A stretch of 63,735 nt of DNA, counting the filler, from Licmophora abbreviata (Eukaryota), in assembly GCA_900291995.1 (NCBI GenBank). It is 12 parts of 12 records of this genome, joined end to end, with 100 filler letters (N's around TTAATTAATTAA, not from the genome) between each part and the next. Parts side by side here need not be neighbours in the genome. Positions count along the whole stretch, not along the records: positions 46,503 to 48,698 come from OLMU01004585.1; positions 48,799 to 54,535 come from OLMU01004586.1; positions 54,636 to 62,095 come from OLMU01004588.1; 9 more parts are not named here. One strand, given 5' to 3'. The position numbers and the translations under genes were made by a program. Shown here piece by piece: positions 46,971 through 58,300 of the stretch (the stretch's first letter is position 1; each line of letters opens with the position of its first letter). The notes below the pieces were generated by a model. That model was not told the origin of the DNA and did no database searches. It was given only the letters and a program-made list of their open reading frames with translations.

Positions 46971-48142
46971 TTAGATATCGCCGGACTCGTCCGCTGGACC
47001 TGACTCCTCGACATCGTCGGACTCCTCTTCACCCTCCTTCTCCTCTTCCATTCCAACGTCCTCGGCGCCGGCATCGACAAGCTCCTCGGCCGCGTCGTCG
47101 ACGACATGAGCCTCGACAGTTTCTTCGGCTTCGATGTCATCCTGCACTTGACTTCGCACAAAGACGCGGAGCTGATCCACCACACCGAGCTTTCCACGAC
47201 TCACCCGGATCTCGTCGTCCATGTATGTGGTCTCAAAAGTTCCCGAGTTCAAGAATTCTCCGAACGGAAGGTTAATGCCCAACACGTCGGCGCCGGAGCC
47301 GTCCAAGAACTGACTGTTCCCAGCCACAGAGACTGTCATTGAAAAGAAATGTCGAGGAGACAACTCACGTCAGCAGACTACGTCGTAGAGAACACAGCAG
47401 CATTTCATGCTTCAACTTTTTTGCCTCTCTCTGTCACAACACTCTTTCACGCTACTTACAGACAATGCCGTCCAGACCCAGTTTCGTCTTCGGCACGGGC
47501 GTGACGCTCTCCATGCTAGCCTTGTGCACTACTCCACTTGCCTTCCGTCACGTGAAGAGGATTGATGTTGAGCGTCTTGAGGCCCTCGGGTAGATTGTCT
47601 AAAATCTCCTTTAGCGTATCCGGTGGCTGGTATTCCAGCACGTGGTCAATCCGGTCGACCTTGCCGTCGCTGTCCATGTCCCGAATGCGTTGTTTCACCA
47701 CCAAACTGCGTTTCAATAGGGCACTGATGCTCTTGATGGGACCTGTACTCATGAGTGGAAACTTCGTCGTGTCGAATCCTGCAGTATTGGTCGCAGTGGA
47801 GCAGAGCAGTGTCCAGTCACCGATAAACTTCTCGTCCAAGTCTTCTTGGGAAGGAGGAGTCCCAACAGCCTCGAGTTCCTTCACGGCATCTTGCAATGCA
47901 GTCTTGGAAGTGGAATCGACCAACAAGACGCCGTCGATCTTCTTTAGGCGTTCCGCTGTGTCCAACAGGCTGTCTCGTGCATCGAGGGCAGTCGGAAGAG
48001 AGAACACAGCCGTGGTGGAGCTCTGAGAAACAATGCGCTGTGCCACGAATGGAAGCTTGGTGCTGTGCTGAAAGGCGTCGCTGTTGCAGATTACGAGGGT
48101 TGCAAACAGAGCAATCGAGGTCCGGTGATAACGGTTCATCAT
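46971..48142 (-). CDS. Plastid lipid-associated protein / fibrillin (intron 47333-47459; apparent frameshift about 47530-47540)
   Basis: Presequence ...[17 protein letters not shown] and [15 protein letters not shown]...QLRVFVR PAP-fibrillin motifs. The frame shifts between TEGK and VHKA. Confidence 0.82.
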
Positions 48143-48338
48143 GATGGCTGGGCGCTCTCTACAGGTGGAGTGCTGTCGCTGATGAAGAACTGTGATGGAT
48201 GGTAGAGACTATCGGAAACACTGAGAAGTGATGAATGGGTCAAGGTCGCACCTCTTTACCAGGATGACGATCATCACGACTGACACTGACTAGACTTCTC
48301 GAGCGAACGACGGCAACACAGAGGAAGGTTCTCCGCGC

Positions 48339-48346
48339 TGACGTCA
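48339..48346. promoter_or_regulatory. TGACGTCA bZIP-type site upstream of fibrillin
   Basis: Exact 8-mer about 200 nt upstream of the fibrillin ATG (48142). Confidence 0.35.
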
Positions 48347-49861
48347 TCGCTTGGCACACAGTGTTTTGATACGTCTGTCGGTCAGCACGTCAGGGGCCCA
48401 AGAAACGAAGAGAATGTGATCCGGAAGATGTGTGCACTGGGAGAGAGAGAGAGAGTGAATGGAGTGGACAATTTAAGCAATCAGGGCAAGGAAGTGAGCG
48501 AGGACGACAAGCGATACACGCAGCTCACGGTGTAAGGTGATTGACAAAATCGTCCGCCGTCCTAGCTATCTATTCATTCTTTCTAGTGGTACGGCGACGC
48601 AGACGATTGTATGCTGGGACTACATAGTTCCAAGACGGATACGGGTTCTTTGAACGTTTTGTGGACATGAAAATGTCCTGTTGTTGTTTGATTCACGCNN
48701 NNNNNNNNNNNNNNNNNNNNNNNNNNNNNNNNNNNNNNNNNNTTAATTAATTAANNNNNNNNNNNNNNNNNNNNNNNNNNNNNNNNNNNNNNNNNNNNAG
48801 AGCGCTCGTAAACACAATACGATGCTCGCCATCCAAAACCTAGGTCTTTTCAGACCTACAAACATGTTCAAAGAAAAAGACGCACTTATTTCTTCTTCTC
48901 TTACTATCTTCAAGCATCCTCTCATCCCAGTTGATTGCTAATTACTACCGGTGTATTGAAACAAACATTACCGGGCAAATAGGGTCGACTCCTCCTTGAC
49001 TTCATCTTCCAAATAAATGGGACGCCCTTTTTGTTGGCTCTTCCTCCTCCTTAGCGTCCATCGAGCTTAGTCTGTGGGTACCGGTAGCTCCGTTTGTCCA
49101 TTTAGACTACGGCACCGACGCAACGAAAGTATGTACCAGGTACCTAGTCTATAGATTACCGAATCGAATCAATCCCCGCCTTCCTCATCCATCCATCGTT
49201 TTCCGATTCGTCAGAGGTTGACGAGCAGACCTTCATACTCCGTAACTTCATAATACTCCATAAACACGTATATATAACAATATATGTACCAGGCGTTATT
49301 TCCTTTTTCTCTTATTAGAAGCCGGTAATCAAGATATCAACCTACTCCTACACCTCCAGAATCTAGGTCTACCTAGAATTACTCATATACAGATCTGAGG
49401 CATGACAAGACACCCTAAACATCCCACGAAACATTGCGCAGAGCCAGCCCGCACGTCTCTCAGAGTTCACGACGATGGCGCCGGTCATCGTCAACGCAGC
49501 CATCCTCATATTCATGTGCATTGGCGTTGGCACCAGTCCTCACAAAAGGTGTATACAGAAGGCGTTTGACTCTGCAGGAGACAGTGCGCATTCATAGAAA
49601 ACATTGAGAAACAGCAAGAGATTGCCTTTTGAGCTAGACCAGTCGTGTTAGTCTGAGTTTGGTGCGTGACGGCTCACAGCGAACCCACAGCAGCATCCTG
49701 GTCACTTTGCATTCCCGGCCGCTATCCAAGACGAATCCATTGTCATTGGGGGCTGGGGTTGGTCGCACGCGACTTACGGACAATTTCAGGGAGTCGGTCT
49801 CATCGCCAAGTTGTGCGAGCGAAGCGGTCACTAGAAAAGTATATCGCTGTGAAATTCGGCC

Positions 49862-51982
49862 ATGGGTCAGGAAGCATCGCTGCCGCAGGATACGACGGGG
49901 GCGCAACCTGGTCTCGAACCGCCTTCCCAGATTCCCCCCACATCTTCGGATTCTCAAGGAACTCATGGAAGTAATCGGCCAAGAAATCACCCGAGACCGG
50001 GAAAGGCATTGAAACAAATTTTTAATCGCGGCGGCGAAGCCAGTCATGCACGAGATGCAGCACGGGCCGCCGCCGAGGGCGGGCATTTAGACCCTTCCGC
50101 CAAACCGGCGCGGCAAGCTCAGCAAAACCAACAATATTACGGTGACTTGCCGCCCCCGCCTCCAGCGAGTGCTCCCACGTCGCCTCCGCAGTACCCAGTG
50201 ATTGGCGTCATGTACTCGTCCGACTCATCCCGAACCAACAATAGCAGCGGCAGCGGAGGAGGGAGGAAGGTCGGAAAAGCATTAATGAATTCAATGCGCA
50301 ATCTTTCTATTGGGTCACGTCCCGCTGCTACGCCCACGGGCCCGGAAGATGATGGAATTTACAAGACGACGGGTTTGCCTCCGACTGCAGTATCGCCTCC
50401 GCGGGGAGCTGTTCGCGATTGGGAAAAGCAGTGGGATGAAGACGATGAGGACGAATCGGATGACGACGACGAAGAGAAAGATCCAACGAAAGAGAAACCT
50501 GTCAGGGCAGTCAGTGGAGATTTGCTTGGTTTGACTGAAGCTAGACCTGGGATGGATGTTGCTCATGCGAGCGCCACGCTTGGGTCCCCGGAAAACTCCG
50601 GGCAGCAAACGCAGCCGATGTCACCGAAATCACCAGCCAAGCCGCTGTTTACTCAACAGACCGATGCTGAAGTGATAGCAACTACAGAACCTGTGAGACA
50701 AGATGAACTCCAGCAGTTCCAAGAAGAAACCGTAGCTTGGGAGCAAACTAGAGAAGAAGAGCCCTATGAAAAACCGAACGTGGAAATGTTTTTGCCCATG
50801 CTGCGAGTTCTTGGAAAAGGCTCCTTTGGAAAGGTGTGCTATTGTTGTGTATCTTTTGTTTCTTGTTTGGAAATGGGGCACTCGACTCACAACCTCTCGT
50901 TCTGTGCATCGACGTAGGTGGTGCTAGTGCAAAAACGACGCGGCAATGAGACTGGACAGCTATACGCAATGAAAATTTTACGAAAAACACACTTGCTCAA
51001 ACGGCGGCAGATTGAGAGAACACGAACGGAGCGCAAGGTTCTTTCTGTAGTGGACCACCCCTTCATTATGAAGCTACACTACGCATTTCAGTCGGACGAC
51101 AAACTCTATCTTGTGCTGGATTATTGTCCTGGTGGTGAACTGTTCTTCCATTTGTCACGATTCCGACGGTTTCCCGAGCGAGTAGCACGCTTCTACGCAG
51201 CTGAATTGTTGTTGTCGATTGGGCATTTGCACAAGCGTGGAATCATTTATCGTGACTTGAAGCCCGAAAATGTTCTATTAGATGCCGACGGCCATGTCAA
51301 GTTAGGCGACTTTGGGCTGGCCAAGGCGGGAATTCGACATCCATGCGAAGGAGCTTTGTCCATGTGCGGCACTCCTGAGTACATGGCACCTGAGGTGCTG
51401 AGTCAGACGGGACATGGCTTTTGTGTGGACTACTGGGGTCTAGGAATGCTGGTCTACGAGATGATGACTGGACTTCCGCCGTGGTACACCACTGACAGAG
51501 CCAAGCTCTTTCGACGGCTCAAGAGCGCGCCTCTGGACGTCCCCTCCTATTTTAGTCCTCATTCCGCCGACTGCGTCGGCGGCTTGCTAGAGCGCAATCC
51601 AAGAAGAAGGCTCGGTGTGAGCGGTATTCGATCCGCCATGGAACACCAATTTTTCCGCAGTATCAACTGGAGAGCACTGTACGCCCGACGAGTGGAAGCC
51701 CCTATCAAGCCTTGCGAAGGCTGGAAGCCTCAGGATGTGCTTGCGGAAGAGGAACCCGGCCATGAGACTTTGGAACTTGCCACTGCCAATTTCGACAATA
51801 CGTTCACTCGAATGCCAGTGGAGTCGGATCACGCCATCGAGAGCAACCCTGACGAGGAAGGCGACTTCCACGAAGAACTGCACGCCAACACGTTTGTCGG
51901 ATTCACATACGATGAGCAAACGGAAGAAATGGATGATGCTGCGAAGGCCGCCCGACCTCGAACAAAACACACCACGGAATAG
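49862..51982 (+). CDS. AGC-family Ser/Thr kinase (AKT/S6K/SGK-like, no PH domain; intron 50834-50917)
   Basis: GKGSFGK|V, YAMK, YRDLKPEN, DFG, CGTPEYMAPE and the hydrophobic motif FVGFTY. N-terminus MGQEAS. Confidence 0.93.
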
Positions 51983-52100
51983 ACTAATTGAATCTATGAT
52001 AGACTACTACAATCTCTGCACGCTACAGCGAAGAAGAAATGTGGCAGACAGGTGTTCTATTGGGCCCGAGAAGAGCAGTTTTCTTTATACACGATGCACA

Positions 52101-52956
52101 CTATTCAGTACCCGCATTGTTGGTGCCATCCTCCTTTGCTTCGAGAACGAATATGTCGGTTCTGCAATAGGGACAGGCCCCATTGGTCTGTGCCCACTGG
52201 ATTATACAGGCGTAGTGAAATATATGCTCACATGATCTAATGGCTACGACCTCGTCTCCAACACCTTCCGATCGATTGCATGTACGGATAGAGTGAAAGC
52301 ATGGTTAGACATGCGCAAACTTGATGCAAACAGTTTAGCCAGTCACATTGACGCGACTTACCTAGATCATGAAGACAGATGGAACATGTCATGTCATGTG
52401 CATCAATTGAGTTCTGAACAATGCCCTCTTGTATTTGTACATCTGAGGCATCGGTATCGTGATGGTGTCGTTCTCTCCAATGAGCAAGATCGTCCTCTGT
52501 TATGGTCTACGGGACGTACGAAGAATCGAGAGGTAAGGAGTATGCAGACGAAGCACCAAGCCAGGTCTCCCCCATCATTCGTACCTTTTTTACTAACATT
52601 GACTCCAAAACAGATTCCCGTTCAACAGGAGACAGGGTCGACAGCATACCCCCGAAACTTGAAGTTCCAATTTCCACCTCAATTCCCTCTTCATTCGCCG
52701 GTCTCTGTTCTTCTTGTGCGACGTCGTCTCTTCTTCGTACTCGCCGACAAGGAAACAAAAAGTCGAGGAAGTCCTTGAACTGCTGTCTTGCAGAGTCAAA
52801 ATCCCGCAAGATGAAAATGTCAATCACGAGAATGTTGAACCAGTATCGACACGCCATGAGCACCACAAGCAGCGCACACACGGCAGCCGCGACAATGAGA
52901 CCCTTGCGCAAATCGATCTGGTCCGTTTCGGGAATCTGTTGCCTGGGATCCGACAT
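52101..52956 (-). CDS. Single-TM RING-H2 E3 ubiquitin ligase (ATL-like); exons 52585-52956, 52362-52506, 52101-52264
   Basis: Splicing (GTACGA...TAG; GTAAGT...AAG) assembles CSICLHDLGVGDEVVAIRSCEHIFHYACIIQWAQTNGACPYCR, a complete C3H2C3 RING. N-terminal TM GLIVAAAVCALLVVLMAC. Confidence 0.85.
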
Positions 52957-53502
52957 GCTTATAAGTATAAAAATGGAATAGGCGCTTATTTAGAAGATGC
53001 AAACATGGCGACGGCTTGGCAGTGTTCTGGTACCAGTAGGTCGTCGCAGCCGACGCGACGATGGGAGGAATGGTAGAGAAGAAGTCTTTCGAACAGTGAT
53101 GATCGAGAGAATACGCTTGGGGCTTGGGGGAAACACAGAAAAGCTCGACGTGGCGCGCGCTTTCCGCTGTTTTGCGCTCTTGGAGCTCTTGCGCCTTTTG
53201 GGTTGCAGGATTTCTATGCACGATACCGTTACACATCAATCAGTGAAGTACCGGCTCACGAGTATCTTTCCTAAATCACCAATAAGACCACTCAAAGGAA
53301 CTCGTCTACTCATATGGGATGGAATGTCAGAGATCTCCGCTCACGGAAAAAGTCAAATGTCACCAGCTTAATTTAATCATGCATGCATCAGCCAACAAGG
53401 GACGGGCTCTAAGCCTAGCTATAGTTGCGCAATGCCTCACATATGCGCGCCTTCTTCCCACACATCCACAGCCTACTTCCACTTATTGTCCATATCTCAT
53501 TC

Positions 53503-54516
53503 TTATCCGAACAATTCGTCAGTCAAATCATCAGAGCCCAGTAGCTCATCTAGTGAAGACGACAAGTCCCCTGAGTCCTCGTCGTCCTCATCGTCACGGA
53601 TGTTGATGGAATCGAGAAGATTGCCTACTTCACTGCTCGGCTGCTCCACCACAGCTACTCCTGCTCCATCCTCCGCAGATTCATTCTCTCGAACTTTTCT
53701 CTCCTCCTTCTTTTTCTTCTTTGCTTTTTCGTCAGCTCGCTTCTCTTCATTGATTCGCTTCAAGACATCCGGTTTGGGAGACAAGATCAAAGACAAGTTT
53801 CGGCCTTCACGCTTCGCCTTGCCTTCTCTTTGACACAACTTCTCTAGATCACTCGATAACCGATCCAACAATTCAAATCCTAGCTGATCGTGCTGCACTT
53901 CCCGCCCACGAAACATAACGGTACATTTGACGCGATTTCCCTGATTGAGAAACTTGGAGGCATTCTTCTTGCGCACATCGTAGTCATGGACGTCAATCTT
54001 GTACGACATTTTGACCTCTTTGATTTCCGTTGCCTTGGCGTTCTTCTTGAGTTCCTTGGCCTTCTTTTCTCGTTCGTATCGCCACTTGCTGTAGTCAACA
54101 ATCTTACATACGGGCGGATCCGAGTTTTCGTTGATCAAAATCAAGTCGAGACCACCGAGCTCTTTGGCTTTGGACAAGGCATCACCTTTGTTCATGATTC
54201 CAAGAGCTTCGTCCTTGCCACCATCGGGGTTGGGAGTCACAACGCGGAGTTCGCTGTACGAAATCTCGTTGTTCATGGTGGGTTTTTTCTCAATCGTCCG
54301 CAGCGGGCCTTTGGGACGGCCTCTTTGCTGCGCCATGGACAACTCTGTGACAGATTTCTCGACACAAAGACCACTGCACCTCTGAGACAAAGGAACAAAA
54401 GCAGCCGGCAGCGACGGCGCAAACGCCGATGAGCTCGACATGCTTACGACGAGTACTAGCAGCATCGTGACCTGCCCTATCCGCCCGCCAAACGGTCTCG
54501 ACTGACTTGTTGCCAT
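53503..54516 (-). CDS. infC: Plastid translation initiation factor IF-3
   Basis: LDLILINENSDPPVCKIVDYSK, KEVKMSYKIDVHDY...KFLNQGNRVKC..MFRGRE and presequence ...SSSA-FAP. Confidence 0.95.
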   Translation of the reverse strand: MATSQSRPFGGRIGQVTMLLVLVVSMSSSSAFAPSLPAAFVPLSQRCSGLCVEKSVTELSMAQQRGRPKGPLRTIEKKPTMNNEISYSELRVVTPNPDGGKDEALGIMNKGDALSKAKELGGLDLILINENSDPPVCKIVDYSKWRYEREKKAKELKKNAKATEIKEVKMSYKIDVHDYDVRKKNASKFLNQGNRVKCTVMFRGREVQHDQLGFELLDRLSSDLEKLCQREGKAKREGRNLSLILSPKPDVLKRINEEKRADEKAKKKKKEERKVRENESAEDGAGVAVVEQPSSEVGNLLDSINIRDDEDDEDSGDLSSSLDELLGSDDLTDELFG

Positions 54517-55038
54517 GTCCTCTGATATAGTAGACNNNNNNNNNNNNNNNNNNNNNNNNNNNNNNNNNNNNNNNNNNNNTTAATTAATTAANNNNNNNNN
54601 NNNNNNNNNNNNNNNNNNNNNNNNNNNNNNNNNNNCACTACATACACTCTCAACGCATCGAATTCGAAATGAAACGTATTAAAGCGTGTATGTTGATATT
54701 ACTTTTTTGGTATACAAATTCGTGGTAATATATTTACAACAGTGAAGTGTATCCCGATCCCTCTTCTTCCAGTGTAAACTGGGCTCTGACGCCTCGCTCA
54801 CCAGTGCAGTGACTGTGAATGCCTTGACTGAACAAGCGGGCTTGGGGGTGTAGAGCTAGAGTGGCATGCGTTTGTTAGCGGTAACGAAAAGCAACCAAGC
54901 CTACGCATTTATTTTAACGCCAAGGGCGGCTATTTCTAGATTAGTTAGATCAGATAGAGTGACACAGACGAGTGAGCTTCGTGTCTCCCGAAGCAAGGCT
55001 TGCCGGCAGGCCACGAAAAATCACCTCTCCGCTGCTCT

Positions 55039-55782
55039 TCAAAAATCATCATCAATCACAAACACACGATCCACTCCGACAGGAGAGCTGTTCTCCAAAA
55101 CCTTCGTCGTCAGTGGCAGCTTCTTTTCTGACTTGCCAGGCGATGGAGTCACGGGCATCACCATTACGTCTTTCGGGGGCACATTTTCTTTGTTGTCGTC
55201 GTTCGAAAACACCGGAACGACACTCGCCTTCTTTACCATTCCAGGAATCTTGTCGAAATCGACACTCTTACTGTTTCCCTTCATGACAATTTCTCCCCGA
55301 TCATTCAACACGACATAGAAGGGAACCGCCTTGAAACCAAGCACTTGTTTCGCGAGCTCCTTGTCGCTGTGCTCCATGAAGTAGTGATGGATGTTCTTCC
55401 AGCGTGGCTCGTCGGTCTCTTCGATGATTTCGCGGGCACCATCGAGCTTGTCGCAGCAAATGGACATAAATTGGACATTTGAGTATGCAGCATCGTTGGA
55501 AGCCATGTCGTTCAGTTTATCGAGAGCGGCAGGACAGCGCGTGCATTTCGTCGTCCATAGGTCTGTATTGAAAAGGTGTAGAGAGAAGCAAGGGAACAAG
55601 GCGCGAGTGAGGGGAAGAGACCGTCAAGGAACTAGGATCCCAGGGTCGCCCCCCGACGACGTACCGATGACAGTGTGCTTGCCGTGAACCACCCGGTGCG
55701 TGCTCGTGACTTCGGCAGTCTCCAGGCACGTCAGGGGTAAGTCCGGAAAGTCAGTGGATTGAAGAGGAGCTGAGAGAGTCAT
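55039..55782 (-). CDS. Thioredoxin-like (TlpA/redoxin-type) protein (intron 55563-55664)
   Basis: Spliced KHTVID-LWTTKCTRCP (CxxC), cis-Pro-like AVPFYVV and a GTACGT...CAG intron. Confidence 0.8.
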
Positions 55783-56215
55783 GTTTCGAAAAGGGGGATG
55801 GAACAATGAACGACTTCAAGACGAACAAAGAGTGACGATGTCCTGATGAGACCTGTTGATGGATGATCCGCGCCGAAACTGAAAAATGAAAAGTGAGAAA
55901 CGACGACTTCGTGCACTGTGTACTGCAAAATGCGCATGTGTGACTTTACGTGCACTCAAGTACAAAAAGATGGCGCAGAGACGGGTCATAGGCAGACGCT
56001 CCAGGATGGTGCGCGGATGTGTTTCGTGGCGCGCCATGACGCGAGGGCCGGCGATGGGGACACAAAGATCGCATTGGGATGAACCGTGTCGACGATCGAC
56101 AACAAAAGTAAACAGCAAGCTATTCAAACACCCCCTCCTGAGCAGACTAGCATCGCAGTGCCCTGACTGTGCTGTCCCTACCCAATCTATTTTTCGGATA
56201 TCGCCATTGAGAGTC

Positions 56216-57146
56216 ATGGAAAATACTGACGCTCCTCCCGCGCCAAGTGCTTCAACCACCGGAGCCGCTCCCGGTCGGGCCAAACGCGATCGCAAGACCG
56301 CTCAAGCCTTTGCTCCCGACGACTTTCCGCTATCAAGAATCGAGTCACCATCACGGAAGGCCGCGGAACACAGCTCTCCGACATTCCTAGCGTCCAAGAG
56401 AGCATCCACGCATTTTCACGAAACTCTGAAGAAATGGCCAGGGCACATTCGCTCGTCTTTGGAGGTCGAGCGGCTCGCAAGTTTCTCAAGGAAGACCTCT
56501 TGGCCTTCAGTGGCTTTTTGCCTCCCAAGGCTGCCGGTCAGAGCAAGGAAGACCTCGAAGAGATGGAGGAAGAGGTGGAGGTCAGTCGTGTTATCACGAG
56601 CTCGTGTTGTTTCGCGTTGCTGTCATCTCGCATTGTCACCTCTCATTTGTGTGCGATATCTCTGCTCTACAATTTTAGACCAAAATGTCAGAAAAGGCAT
56701 TCAAGCTGACCATTCCAGAACTCAAGATGCTCTGTGATTTCTTCACGATTGATCGAAGCGCCCACGACGGAGAGACCATTACCAAGGATGTCTTGGTAGA
56801 TCGGCTGCTCGATTTTCTCGGTGCTCCTGCCAACAAGCTGACCAAGGACGGGGTCGCGGCGGCCAAGAAGCGGAAAAAGCAAGCGGAGGAATCACCAAAG
56901 AAGACAAAGAAGACGAAGCAGCAGAAGGAAGAAGAGGAAGAGGAAGAGGACGCTGTGGAGACTGTGGGCTCGGATGGCCTGCCGACGGACAAGGCGCTTC
57001 GCAAGTGGGTCCGTGCCTACATTGTCTGCTTCAATCTCGAGAAGGCCACGACCAAACATGCGCTGGAGACGGCATCGGATAAGTTCGGGGTCGATCTGTC
57101 CACCAAGAAGGCTCTACTCAAACAGATGTTGACCGAGGAAATGTGA
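56216..57146 (+). CDS. DEK: DEK-like chromatin protein (intron 56581-56678; apparent 1-nt deletion at 56324-56326)
   Basis: After frame repair it reads EGRGTQLSDIPSV...HSLVFG...LLAFSGF, then LKMLCDFFTIDRS...LVDRLLDFL and the DEK-C domain PTDKALRKWV...FGVDLSTKK. Confidence 0.8.
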
Positions 57147-57491
57147 GGAGCGAGGAATGGAGAAACTCGACGAAGGGGAGATCGACAGAACCTTTTAAAG
57201 CGGGTGAATCGATAGTACCAGGAGGTCAGGGAGTGAAAGCCCGTCAAGTCGTTCGAGTAGTAGCTAATAAGCCAGCGCAGCAGGGATGACCCGTACTAGA
57301 TCTGTCTTCATAGAATCGAAACATGGCTATACACCTTTTTAACAAGCAGAACTTCCACTCTGGCGAGCTGGGCCAAGTTCTACCTACTAAGCTATCAAAT
57401 AAGAGAGAATCCGAACTTTCGGCCAAGAAGTCGACAAGCTGAAAATACCACCTCGCCACCTCCATCTCATCTCACAATCGTCCGTCGCGAT

Positions 57492-57909
57492 CTATTTCCA
57501 GTATCCCTGCTTGTACTGTTGATGCGCCATTCCGTAAAACATCGTTCCATAGCCAAGCGCCAGGACTGTAAGGACGGCGATGCCCGACTTTAGGGGATCG
57601 TATGGCGGTTCAAAGACATTCTGTAGGCATGAAAACAAAACGACAGAAGATGACGGTGTAAGCGAGAAATGGAATGAATAGAGATAGTCTTTGAATATAT
57701 AAAAAGCACACTCATTTTCGTATTCAAATCATTCCACACAATAGAACACTCACGTGGGGATGATGGTCGTGCGGACGTGTCGCCTCCAGATCCTTCCAAA
57801 CATCCTTTGCGCGATGCATCTTTGGCGTATCCGACATGGATCGCCTGGCACCTGCGCGGGCCGCCACAGATCGTGATGCCGCCAACGCCGTTCGAGACAA
57901 CATGGTCAT
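57492..57909 (-). CDS. Small (94 aa) mitochondrial single-TM protein, possibly COX7c/Cox8-like (intron 57621-57753)
   Basis: Presequence MLSRTALAASRSVAARAGARRSMS. Spliced exon 2 reads NVFEPPYDPLKSGIAVLTVLALGYGTMFYGMAHQQYKQGYWK*. Intron GTGAGT...CAG, phase 0. Confidence 0.7.
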
Positions 57910-58300
57910 GCTGGTGGGTGTGCGTGCTGGAACACAATGGCGAGGCAAGTGAGGTATCGCACGCCCGTAGAAAGTATACGCAGTTCTACGAGAAGGGGCC
58001 AACCCGAAGTCTGTGAGAACGTGTGGTAGAATTGGGTAAACGGTGACCGTGTGGAAGACGCTGAACAGCCCACAACTCATAACCCGTCCGTCTGTGACTT
58101 TAAGAAGAAGATCGAACGTCAGACCCGAGACCCGAGATGGCAAAGCACCGCGACAAGACTCTCACTTCGGTTGCCCTGCAACTATCGCTGCTCTGTTGGA
58201 CAAGCCGCAGCTTCTTAGATGCACGGAAGGACCAAGTAGAGGAATTAATTTCTGCATTCAGACATTTATTTCGGACTGATCGTAAATCACTTCATCGATA

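Noticed and set aside
47527..47541. Frameshift and premature stop in the fibrillin gene
   Set aside because: The downstream frame, intron and last exon are intact. A small indel (for example two single-base under-calls giving KVELVH) repairs it, so it is probably an error rather than a pseudogene.
56324..56326. Frameshift in the DEK-like gene
   Set aside because: Adding one T to the TTT run restores the DEK frame; same homopolymer error signature.
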